From contig JAXGRK010000001.1 in NCBI GenBank assembly GCA_040765985.1, forward strand, positions 8,513-72,512: a stretch of DNA of 64,000 nucleotides. Direction: 5' to 3'. A model generated the notes under the pieces. The model had not been told where the DNA came from. It searched no databases and worked only from the letters and a program-made list of their open reading frames with translations. Each line of letters begins with the position of its first letter. Position 1 is the first letter of the stretch. This DNA is from Candidatus Dojkabacteria bacterium (lineage in GTDB: Bacteria; Patescibacteriota; Dojkabacteria; SC72). The translations under genes and the position numbers were made by a program. Below, piece by piece: positions 12,094-21,335 of the stretch.

Positions 12094-12570
12094 TTACTTC
12101 TTATTAAATTTAACAAATTTAATATCCTCAAATTTCAATTTTCTAGAATCTATCTTTCTATATAGCTCTTTTATAAACTTTGGGGAATTCTCTAAAAGTT
12201 CAATATTTATATTTACTTCATCTCTATCTAATTGTATTGGAATAACAGTAATAGCACTATCTGATCTTTCGATAAAATATATCTCCTGCTTAAGAAGAGG
12301 ATTATAAGGAACTTTATCTACTCCACAGTAATCACAGAGGCAATCATAAGTCTCCATATCAGATATTGATTTCCTTTGAACTTTTAATAGTCTATCAGGC
12401 AAATCTTGATTTAAAGATAAAAAATCTAAATAATTGTGAACCTCTTGGGTACTTACTCCCATTAGTTGAAAATCTACATAACCATCATCCCCATACTCTA
12501 ACATCGATGATATTTCGGTTCTTAATCTATCTAGAGCTTCTTGTTTATACTCTTTTTCAAATGGAGACAT
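12094..12570 (-). CDS. Hypothetical protein (158 aa)
   Basis: Intact ORF with no family I recognise. It contains a CLCDYCG motif. Confidence 0.5.
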   Translation of the reverse strand: MSPFEKEYKQEALDRLRTEISSMLEYGDDGYVDFQLMGVSTQEVHNYLDFLSLNQDLPDRLLKVQRKSISDMETYDCLCDYCGVDKVPYNPLLKQEIYFIERSDSAITVIPIQLDRDEVNINIELLENSPKFIKELYRKIDSRKLKFEDIKFVKFNKK

Positions 12571-12651
12571 ATATATTTAGTATTAAAAATAAATAATAGG
12601 GATATTATACTAAAAATATGTATAAAATAAAGATATCTGTAAAATCAATAA

Positions 12652-13602
12652 CTACTTAAGCAATTGCTCTACTTTTGATAATAATTCATCAATACTTTGA
12701 GAATCCATAAAATCCCTCCTTATCTCATTAGAACCAGTAAAACCGTATATATAAGATTTAACAAATTTTTTCAAAATATTAAAATCCTTTGTATCCCCCC
12801 AAGTTTCTTTAAACAGAAGAATATGTCTCTTAAACATTTGGTAAGCATCTAAAATTGGGATACTTTCATTACCACTAAATATCCATGGATTGGCTATCGC
12901 TGCTCTACCAATCATCACCCCATCTGTTTTATATTTTAAAGCATATTGCTTAGCTTGTTTAAGAGATTGAATACCCCCATTTCCAAATATTAATGTCTTC
13001 TTACCCATTTCATTTCTCAAATCAACGCAAGGTACAATTCTACTCCATTTAATCTGTTTAGATCTAAAACCAATTGCTGTTCTACAATGAATTGTGAGAG
13101 CATCAAGATCCTGTTCAAGTAAAAACTTAATCCATTCCATATCGTAATCATCCCATCCCAATCTTGTTTTAACAGAGACAGGTAGATCCCCACCTCCTTC
13201 TTTTGTGCTTTCAATAATCTCTTTTACATACTCCCTATCTGCCTTTATCATTCCACTACCATTAAAATTAGAAATTATCTTTCTTACAGAGCACCCCATA
13301 TTTATATCTATACCATCAAAGCCCAAATTTTTAACAAATCTTGCGGCATAGTAGTAATTATCTGGGTTAATACCCCACAGCTGAGCAATAATTGGCTTTT
13401 CTGACAAGTTATATTTTAATCTGTGCATTACCTTATCCCTACCCATACTATTTAACCCCTCCACATTAACAAACTCTGTATAAAAAATATCTGGCTTCTG
13501 AATTGCTCCAACCATCTGTCTAAATACAGTATCAGTTACATCCTCCATAGGAGCAAGGGAAAGTATTGGTTTTTTTAATGTGTTGTATATATTCATATAC
13601 AC
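12652..13602 (-). CDS. dus: tRNA-dihydrouridine synthase
   Basis: LAPMEDVTDTVFRQMV, GFDGIDINMGCSVRKI and TIHCRTA match a Dus-family FMN TIM barrel. Confidence 0.9.
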   Translation of the reverse strand: MYMNIYNTLKKPILSLAPMEDVTDTVFRQMVGAIQKPDIFYTEFVNVEGLNSMGRDKVMHRLKYNLSEKPIIAQLWGINPDNYYYAARFVKNLGFDGIDINMGCSVRKIISNFNGSGMIKADREYVKEIIESTKEGGGDLPVSVKTRLGWDDYDMEWIKFLLEQDLDALTIHCRTAIGFRSKQIKWSRIVPCVDLRNEMGKKTLIFGNGGIQSLKQAKQYALKYKTDGVMIGRAAIANPWIFSGNESIPILDAYQMFKRHILLFKETWGDTKDFNILKKFVKSYIYGFTGSNEIRRDFMDSQSIDELLSKVEQLLK

Positions 13603-13677
13603 AATTGTATCATATAACCAAAAGCTTGAAAAAATATGTAAATTACAATAAACTTGTTATGTATTAGTTCCTAAAAT

Positions 13678-14082
13678 ATGATACAAAAAAATACATTAAC
13701 AAATAATGGAGGACAACAACTATTAAACGAAAATAGTATCGATAGTACTCTAAGTATTCTAGTCTACTCTATCAAAGGATTTTTAGATTGGTGGTATGTT
13801 AAAATGCTAATTTGGCATCTCAAAATGGTTGAAAGAGTATCTGTACTGGCTGATGACAACTTATCTATCTCCTTACTACTTAAAAATTTCTTTCTTCCTT
13901 GGCATAGAGATTACTCATTTATTGGATATGTATTTGGGATTTTGATTAAAATATTCTACTTACCACTGGCTATAATCACCTATTTAATCATCTGTACAGT
14001 ATACATATCTATTCTCATTACTTGGTTACTATTACCCCCAGCTACAGTATTCTTTATATTAAGATCACTCTTAACACTTTAA
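13678..14082 (+). CDS. Hypothetical polytopic membrane protein
   Basis: 134-aa ORF with hydrophobic segments (FIGYVFGILIKIFYLPLAIITYLIICTVYISILITWLLL). No family recognised. Confidence 0.4.
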   Translation: MIQKNTLTNNGGQQLLNENSIDSTLSILVYSIKGFLDWWYVKMLIWHLKMVERVSVLADDNLSISLLLKNFFLPWHRDYSFIGYVFGILIKIFYLPLAIITYLIICTVYISILITWLLLPPATVFFILRSLLTL

Positions 14083-14301
14083 TGTCAATTGATTACGGAT
14101 GGCAAAATAGGACAGTAATTGGGCACCATGAAAAGGATAGTAATATTTTTAAACTAATCCTTGGAGATTTACCCATATTAACAAAAGAATCTGATGCTCT
14201 ATTCCTTATAACTAGAGATCAATTTTTAGTATATCAACACCACAAATATCTAATATAATAACGAATTATCTAAAATACAAAAGGTATATGACAATATTAG
14301 A

Positions 14302-14562
14302 TTGATTGCCAATATCTTCCTTATACCCGGCCTAGTTATTGCACTCGGATATCTTTTAAGACAAATCGGGGTATTAGATAAGATTCAAATTGTTAAAGAT
14401 TTCATCTCTAGTCCAATAGCTGACATTCTATTTGGGTTATCAATATTAAATGTGTTTGTACTTTGGCATGACTACTACAAAGACAAGAGTCATCCAGTTA
14501 GATTACCTAAGGCAGAAAAAATTTCTTTAAATGATCTTGAAGAGATTAAAAATAGGATTTAA
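14302..14562 (+). CDS. Small two-TM membrane ORF, possibly the N-terminal part of the following Clp ATPase
   Basis: MIANIFLIPGLVIALGYLL...ILFGLSILNVFVLW. It overlaps the next ORF start by 32 nt across an A5 run, so a frameshift fusion is possible. Confidence 0.35.
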   Translation: MIANIFLIPGLVIALGYLLRQIGVLDKIQIVKDFISSPIADILFGLSILNVFVLWHDYYKDKSHPVRLPKAEKISLNDLEEIKNRI

Positions 14563-16791
14563 ATTCGGAAGATATGCTCATTTAGAAGCTATCAATTTTG
14601 TAAATGAACAGACCTTAGACATCATCTGTAATAATACGAAAAACAAGGAGGTAGAGATATCTGATATCTTTATCGAATTACTCGCTTACCCCGAAATACA
14701 AGATATATTTCAAAGAGCAAACATCTCAATAAACGAGAATGTGTTTAAAGAAAACGGTGTAACAAAAATAACATTACCTAAATATTCATATACAGCAATA
14801 AGGAGCTTAGTAATATACTCTCAACGAAGCTCTTCTAACTTCTCTAGAGAGATTCAACCGAAACATCTTTTACTTGCACTTTTTAATGTGTTTCCCGTAT
14901 TAGAATTAGTTTTAACTTCTCAAAGCTCTTCAATTGATATTTTAAGAGAGATTGTTAGATATCAATCATATGAGCAGAATAAAAAGAAACGAACAAAATA
15001 TTTTAATCCCAATGTCGAATATTACAGAAAAGGTGGTATCGCTAAACAGTGGGTATATGGATATACATTCATACTAAATCATTTTGCTAAAAATATTAAC
15101 GAGATAGTATCTAGAGATAGGGATATATATGGTATTGGACATGAGGAGGAGATTGAATCTCTAGTATCTGTATTGGGTAAAGTCTCAAACAGGAATGCCC
15201 TTTTCATTGGTGAACCAGGCGTGGGTAAATCAAGTATAGTTCTAGGTATTGCTCAAAGGATTAACAGTGGGGACGTACCATTACAAATTAAAGATAAACG
15301 TATTTTACAATTAGATATAAACGGCTTAATTGCACATGCCTCTAATAATTCAAACTTGGAATATCTCATATCAAAAGCAATGAGAGAATTAGAAAATGCG
15401 GGAGATGTAATTCTTTACATTGATGAAATTCAAGAGTTAATTCCCTCAAAAGCAAGTGAAAGTGGCCACTCTCTTGCAGGAATACTTCTCCATACATATT
15501 AAACAGTAAGTTCCCAATTCTGGTACCGTAAACCACTCTGATTACAAAAAATATTTCTACAGTATGGAATCCTTAAGACAATCATTTACAAATATAGAGA
15601 TAAAAGAGATCTCTGCTTCAGATGCACTCCAAATACTTGAAACTAAAATATCTGAATTAGAAAAAAACTTCGGAATATATATTACCTTTCCTGCCCTAAT
15701 AAGTGCTGTAGAGTTAGCACAAAGGTACAACAAAGAAAAAGAAATTACCAAGTAGTGGAGTTATGCTAATTGAAGAGGCATGTTCTTGGGCTCAGGCCAG
15801 TGGGGTGACAATACTGACTGCAGAACATGTATCTAAGGTCCTCTCAAATCAGAAAGGCATCCCCATAGGAAATATTAATCCTCAACAGAGTACACATCTA
15901 ATGAAATTAGAGGAGAATATGAAGAAGAAAATTGTTGGACAAGAAGATGCAATACAAGCTTTGGTTGAGGCACTCAGAAGAGCCCAAGCAGATATTCGTA
16001 ATCCTAATAAACCAATAGGTGCGTTTCTTTTCATGGGTCCTACAGGTGTTGGTAAAACACATATATCCAAAGTCCTTGCAAAAGAGTATTTTGGTAATTC
16101 TACAGATATGATTAGAATTGATATGTCTGAATACAAGGAGATAAATAGTGTAGAGAAATTCTTAGGAGGAAGTAGTGATTCTAGTTTACTCGGCAAAGCA
16201 TCTATCTCCCTTATCGATAAAATTAAAAGTAATCCATATACTGTAGTCCTTTTTGATGAGATGGAGAAAGCTCACCCACAAATACTTGATCTTTTCTTAC
16301 AGCTATTCGACGAAGGGAGATTGACTAGTACTTTAGGAGAAACTGTTGATTTCACTCATAGCATTATCATTTGTACAAGCAATATTGGAAGTAGCATTTT
16401 ACTCAATCTCCTAAATGACCGAAATGTAACTTGGCAAGAGGCAAAAGATAGGGCATTGATTGAATTAAGACAGGCCATAAAACCAGAACTTCTTAATAGA
16501 TTTGATAAGGTATTAGTATTTCAACCACATAATATTGATAATCTATCTAAAATATCTCAACTTCTCTTGCAAGAATTAGCTCAAAGATTAACCGAAAAGA
16601 GTATAAAATTAACATGGGGAAATATAATACCACAATTAATTGCAAGTAAAGCAAACGAACCAGGTCTTGGTGCTAGACCAATAAAAAGATATATACAGGA
16701 CAACATAGAAGGGAATATTGCAAAAGAGATGATAGAAGGAAAAATAGCGTCTGGCCAAGAGATAGATATTAAAGAGGGATGGATAATATAA
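14531..16791 (+). CDS. Clp/Hsp100 family double-AAA+ ATPase (ClpA/ClpB-like), split into three ORFs by frameshifts
   Basis: D1 Walker A GEPGVGKSSIVLGIAQRI and Walker B ILYIDEIQEL. D2 IVGQEDAIQALVEALRRA, GPTGVGKTHISKVLA and VVLFDEMEKAHP. Frame breaks lie near 15500-15560 and 15755-15763. Confidence 0.85.
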
Positions 16792-16853
16792 TAATTGTTG
16801 CAAGAATTGATATATTAAAATATAATACAAAGTTTAATCTTGTATAAATAGAT

Positions 16854-17036
16854 ATGGGAGCATTACCAAAAAGAAAAATATCGAAAGGTAGAAAGAACAG
16901 AAGAAGAGCTCAAGACTTTCTAAGTAAGCCACAGATGTCTAGATGTCCTAAGTGTGGTAAAGTCAAAAGACCTCATTTTGTTTGCGAGTTCTGTGGTTAC
17001 TACGGAGATGGTAAAGATTTAAAAAGTAATAAATAG
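16854..17036 (+). CDS. rpmF: 50S ribosomal protein L32
   Basis: MGALPKRKISKGRKNRRRAQ plus the zinc ribbon CPKCG...CEFCG. Confidence 0.9.
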   Translation: MGALPKRKISKGRKNRRRAQDFLSKPQMSRCPKCGKVKRPHFVCEFCGYYGDGKDLKSNK

Positions 17037-17050
17037 TAAATCTTTAATAA

Positions 17051-17482
17051 ATGAAGAAATCAAATGATCCGAGACATTTATCTAGAGGACTTGCATTACA
17101 GTCTCTTTTCTCAAGTGATTTTAAATTCAATAGTGAAGCAGTAGTGGATTTTACTGTTTCAGAGCTATCTGTTATAGATGAAATAGAGACATATAATCAG
17201 GAATTGTATGAGAAGTTAGTGATAGGGGTTAAAGATAAACATTCAGAGATAGATGAGATAATAACAAAGTACGCACCTCAATGGCCGATTACACAAATGA
17301 AACTTGTAGACTTACAAATATTGAGAATAGCTATCTTTGAGGGCTTTATAGCAGATATAACACCACCCAAAGTTGCAATTGATGAAGCAATAGAATTAGC
17401 AAAAGAGTTTGGGGGAGATAGTAGTAGTAAATTTGTAAATGGAGTACTAGGAGCTATATATGAAAAAGAAAGAAATGGATAG
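17051..17482 (+). CDS. nusB: Transcription antitermination factor NusB
   Basis: RGLALQSLF...[28 protein letters not shown] is the typical NusB C-terminus. Confidence 0.9.
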   Translation: MKKSNDPRHLSRGLALQSLFSSDFKFNSEAVVDFTVSELSVIDEIETYNQELYEKLVIGVKDKHSEIDEIITKYAPQWPITQMKLVDLQILRIAIFEGFIADITPPKVAIDEAIELAKEFGGDSSSKFVNGVLGAIYEKERNG

Positions 17483-18170
17483 TATAAAAGAATTTCAAAT
17501 TAAAATAGGAGTAACCTTTGTTAATAAGAGTAATTTAATTGAGGCACTTACTCACAGATCATATTTAAATGAACATAAAGAGATTAACTCTCATAATGAA
17601 AGATTGGAATTTCTTGGAGATGCTGTCTTAGAGTTAGTTGTTTCTGATTATCTTTTTCATAAATATCCCCACAGACCTGAAGGTGAGTTAACAAGTTTTA
17701 GATCTGCTTTAGTTAAAACAGAAAGTTTAGCAGATACTGCAAAAGAAATTGGTATTGGTGATAACATCCTATTATCAAAAGGGGAAGAGGATACAGGTGG
17801 TAGAACTAAAAACTTTCTTCTTGCAAATACTTTTGAGGCCATTATTGGTTCAATTTATATTGATCAAGGATATGACTCCTGTAAAGAATTTATACATAGA
17901 TTTTTAATCAAGAAATTGGATAGTATTGTTAAACATAGATTAGATATTGATAGTAAAACAAAAATACAAGAGATCATTCAACAAGATTTTAAAGTAACAC
18001 CTGTATATGAGGTAACCAATGAAAATGGTCCCGACCATGATAAAGAATTTACTGTAGTAATTAAGGTTAATGATAAAGTTATAGGGAAGGGAGTAGGGAG
18101 TAGTAAGCAGAGGGCCGAAGAAGAAGCAGCAACAAAAGGAATAGAGTATTTAGAAAGTAAATCAAATTAA
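17460..18170 (+). CDS. rnc: Ribonuclease III
   Basis: [32 protein letters not shown] signature plus a C-terminal dsRBD ([12 protein letters not shown]). Confidence 0.95.
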   Translation: MKKKEMDSIKEFQIKIGVTFVNKSNLIEALTHRSYLNEHKEINSHNERLEFLGDAVLELVVSDYLFHKYPHRPEGELTSFRSALVKTESLADTAKEIGIGDNILLSKGEEDTGGRTKNFLLANTFEAIIGSIYIDQGYDSCKEFIHRFLIKKLDSIVKHRLDIDSKTKIQEIIQQDFKVTPVYEVTNENGPDHDKEFTVVIKVNDKVIGKGVGSSKQRAEEEAATKGIEYLESKSN

Positions 18171-18209
18171 CTTGAATATTGCGATATCATCTGTTAAAAT
18201 AACTCTGCT

Positions 18210-18509
18210 ATGTTAAAAATAAGACTAAAAAGAACAGGAAGAAGTAGACAACCACATTACAGAATAGTGGTTATGGAAAGTGCTCTACCAAGAGATGGAA
18301 AAAGTGTTGAGGAAATAGGGTACTATAACCCTAGAACAAATCCAACCACTTTTGAAGTTGATAAAGAACAGGCAGCGAAATGGCTATCTAAAGGTGCACA
18401 ACCTTCTGATACTATAGCTCAGTACTTTGTAAAGCTTGGATTGCTCAAAGAGTTAAAGAGGGGCTCTAAGAAACCTAGTACTGCAAAGAAAGAGAAGAAA
18501 AAAGAATAA
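18210..18509 (+). CDS. rpsP: 30S ribosomal protein S16
   Basis: MLKIRLKRTGRSRQPHYRIVV..GYYNPRT. A TTGAAT-17 nt-TAAAAT promoter-like element lies at 18172-18200. Confidence 0.95.
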   Translation: MLKIRLKRTGRSRQPHYRIVVMESALPRDGKSVEEIGYYNPRTNPTTFEVDKEQAAKWLSKGAQPSDTIAQYFVKLGLLKELKRGSKKPSTAKKEKKKE

Positions 18510-18597
18510 CTCTTCCTTCAAATCTGACTCCTAGTAAAATTCCTCTAGTAATAGTATAATTTTTCTAATAGATCTTAATTTAGTTTATTCTAAATAT

Positions 18598-18891
18598 ATG
18601 AAAGAATTACTAGAACATATAGTTAAATCAATTGTAAACTATCCAGATGATATTTCAATTGATGAGAGAGAGAGTGTTGATTTCCCTGGTTTAACAATTC
18701 TTACAATAGATGTTAATGAAAATGATAAAGGGGTTATCATTGGTAGAAAAGGAAGAACAATTAACTCTATAAGAGATATCATTACAATAAGTGCAATAAG
18801 GAACAATAAAAGGGTAAGAGTAATACTTAAGGATGATAAAGCACCTCAAGAGAGTAACCAAGAAGAGGACATGTTAGAAGATAATATTTAA
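18598..18891 (+). CDS. KH-domain RNA-binding protein (YlqC/UPF0109-like)
   Basis: DKGVIIGRKGRTINSIRDI is a KH GxxG loop. The gene follows rpsP, as in the conserved synteny. Confidence 0.85.
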   Translation: MKELLEHIVKSIVNYPDDISIDERESVDFPGLTILTIDVNENDKGVIIGRKGRTINSIRDIITISAIRNNKRVRVILKDDKAPQESNQEEDMLEDNI

Positions 18892-19601
18892 TCCAAACTC
18901 TCCGCTTTTCGTTTTAATATCTCCATTACATCTTCATACTCTGTATATAATTGGAATGGAGCGTAGATATCAAGATTGATATCTTCTTCCGCCAGATAGT
19001 ATCCGCTAACATCTAATGAGATATTCCATGTTTCCCCTGCTTCTACGTCCTGTCTTGCAGAGATTTCAACATTTTGCAACCGTAACATATATGGAGATAC
19101 ATTTTGGACATTCTCTAAGAATTTCAGTACATTCTCGTAATTACCACTATACTCAACAGGTCCTGAAACAGCATTAAGAGCATCTGCCGAAGAAAGTTCA
19201 GAAACACTCAAATCTAAAGATATAGCCAATTCATTTAAATAGAGTAGTAGATCAGAAACAAGTAATTTTTTAGGTATTACCTTTCTTGCAGTTACAACAT
19301 CTTCATTAAGTTGATCATCATCCAACTTATCTAATCTGTTATTCAATTTTTCCAACTGTTCAATTTTTTCATTACTAACCTTAATCTCATCTTGATACTC
19401 AAGGGCGGCATTAATCATAGGGATAAACACTCCAAAAGAAAGGATGATAAATACAACTCCAGAAGCAATAGGTATTATTAAATCACCAAAACCAAGCTTA
19501 CCCTTTTTTGACTTCTCACTTATCTGTGTTAACTCTTCTTCTTTCTTTTTACTCGCTTTTGTACTTATTAATCCCATATTACTGATTCTTAAAATTTTCA
19601 A
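18888..19601 (-). CDS. pilO: Type IV pilus assembly protein PilO-like
   Basis: Single TM (LIIPIASGVVFIILSFGVFIPMI) followed by a coiled coil (IEQLEKLNNRLDKLDDDQL). It lies immediately after pilN and overlaps it by 23 nt. Confidence 0.6.
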   Translation of the reverse strand: MKILRISNMGLISTKASKKKEEELTQISEKSKKGKLGFGDLIIPIASGVVFIILSFGVFIPMINAALEYQDEIKVSNEKIEQLEKLNNRLDKLDDDQLNEDVVTARKVIPKKLLVSDLLLYLNELAISLDLSVSELSSADALNAVSGPVEYSGNYENVLKFLENVQNVSPYMLRLQNVEISARQDVEAGETWNISLDVSGYYLAEEDINLDIYAPFQLYTEYEDVMEILKRKAESLD

Positions 19602-20265
19602 ATATTAATTTCCCTTCAAAAGAAAATGTTGCACCATTTTCACTTTTGTTTACTGAAGAAAGATTTATGGTCTCAATATTTTCATTTATTCCAAAGAGAT
19701 ACCACAATCTAGATATCTGTTCAAAATCTGGTCCATTACCAGATAACTCAAAAGTTAAATCCTCAGATATGACAATATTTCGATATGTAATACCACTTAC
19801 CTTACCTGCAATTTCATTTAGAAACTCTATAATCTCTTTATGCGAAAAAGCGTTTTTCTTAACATTTTCATAAAGATCTATTCTTGTTAAGATAAGATTA
19901 TTGGATTCTATCTTATCAATTTTAGAATTTGCCTCCTTTTCAATTTTAGCTAGAGTACTCTTCTTAAAATTCAATTGCGTTTTAGATAGTATATTAAAAC
20001 CAACAATACCTAGTGCAATTGCAGATAAAGTAATAATACTTAGTAAAGATCCAATATTTAAAGTATTCTTTTTCTTAACATGAATCTTTTCCTCTTTTGT
20101 TAGAGAAGGTATTAAATTAAAACCCTCTTCAACCTGATTACCGATTGGCTCTGCCAATGTTGGTTTGTTAGTAGATAATACTGATGGGCTGTTAGTATCA
20201 GGAACAACCGGCTGATTCTGTTTCACTGTATTTGTATTTATATTTTTTACTTCTTGGTTATTCAT
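19579..20265 (-). CDS. pilN: Type IV pilus assembly protein PilN-like
   Basis: An INLLP-type PilM-binding motif (GFNLIPSL) precedes a single TM (LLSIITLSAIALGIVGFNIL). It overlaps pilM by 8 nt. Confidence 0.7.
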   Translation of the reverse strand: MNNQEVKNINTNTVKQNQPVVPDTNSPSVLSTNKPTLAEPIGNQVEEGFNLIPSLTKEEKIHVKKKNTLNIGSLLSIITLSAIALGIVGFNILSKTQLNFKKSTLAKIEKEANSKIDKIESNNLILTRIDLYENVKKNAFSHKEIIEFLNEIAGKVSGITYRNIVISEDLTFELSGNGPDFEQISRLWYLFGINENIETINLSSVNKSENGATFSFEGKLIFENFKNQ

Positions 20266-21286
20266 CTTTTAAAGCCAATCCAATTGCTACAGAATATGAA
20301 GGTCCATATTTTGCAATTAGATTTTTAAATTTATTTTCTACTAATACATTTAACCACGGATTTGCAATTTGTGCATCAACCCCTAGTGATTTAGAAACAT
20401 ACTCTGTTAAACCCGGGAGTAGGGCACCATCTCCATTTAAAAGATATGACATAGGAGGGGCACTCATTGTCTTGTTTTTGTAAACTCTACACCTCTTCTA
20501 ACCTCTATCATAATTGATTCAACAATAGGCATCAGAGCGCTGTATATCTTTACCATCAGCAGCATTCTGTAGTAATCCATAACCAAGTTTAAATTCTTCT
20601 GCCCGGTTATAATCAAAACTAAATTTGTTCACAATGGCTTGTGTTAAAGAATCAGAACCAATGGATATACTTTGAGAAAAAACTAATGCACCATTAGTCA
20701 TAATACTCATATCTGTACTATTCGCACCAAAATCTAACATTACACAATCTTTTTTACCCATAGATCTAAACATTGCTCTACCCATTGCAACAGATTCTGT
20801 TTCTATTGCAATTAGTTCTAAATTGGCAAAGTTAGCAACATTCATATATATATCAACAATCTTTCTTGGTGCAGCAACAAGTAACACTCTAGGAGCGTTT
20901 CTCTCCTCGTTAAAACCAATTACAACATAACTCATCTGTACCTCATCTATTGGTACAGGTATATACTGTTTGGCTTCATAATATAAAGCTTGTTTAAGTT
21001 CTTCTTTTTTAACACCTGGAAACTCTAGAAATCTTGTAAATACAGAAAACTCAGGTAAAGCCATTACAACTTTAGAATTCCTTATCTTAGAATTTGAATA
21101 GAGTAATTTAAGAGCTTCACCTAATTTCTTTTGATCTTGTCTCTCTTCACTGTTAATTACTCCTTTTGGGGTTAACTGAGTACCTAAGTTGACAAGCTGT
21201 GGCTTGGAAAGTATGTTCTTTAATTCTACGGCTTTTACACTATGTGTTCCAAAATCTATGCCTACATGGTCGGGCAGCTTTGCCAT
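20258..21286 (-). CDS. pilM: Type IV pilus assembly ATPase-fold protein PilM, split by two frameshifts
   Basis: VGIDFGTHSVKAVEL actin-like N-terminus (ORF 20519-21286). The middle segment MPIVESIMIEVRRGVEF is in another frame. The C-terminus LLNGDGALLPGLTEYVSKSLG is ORF 20258-20467. One break lies in an A5 run near 20480. Confidence 0.85.
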
Positions 21287-21335
21287 ATTCTTGGACAGTT
21301 AAATTATGACTCACATATATAATAGCAGAAATATA

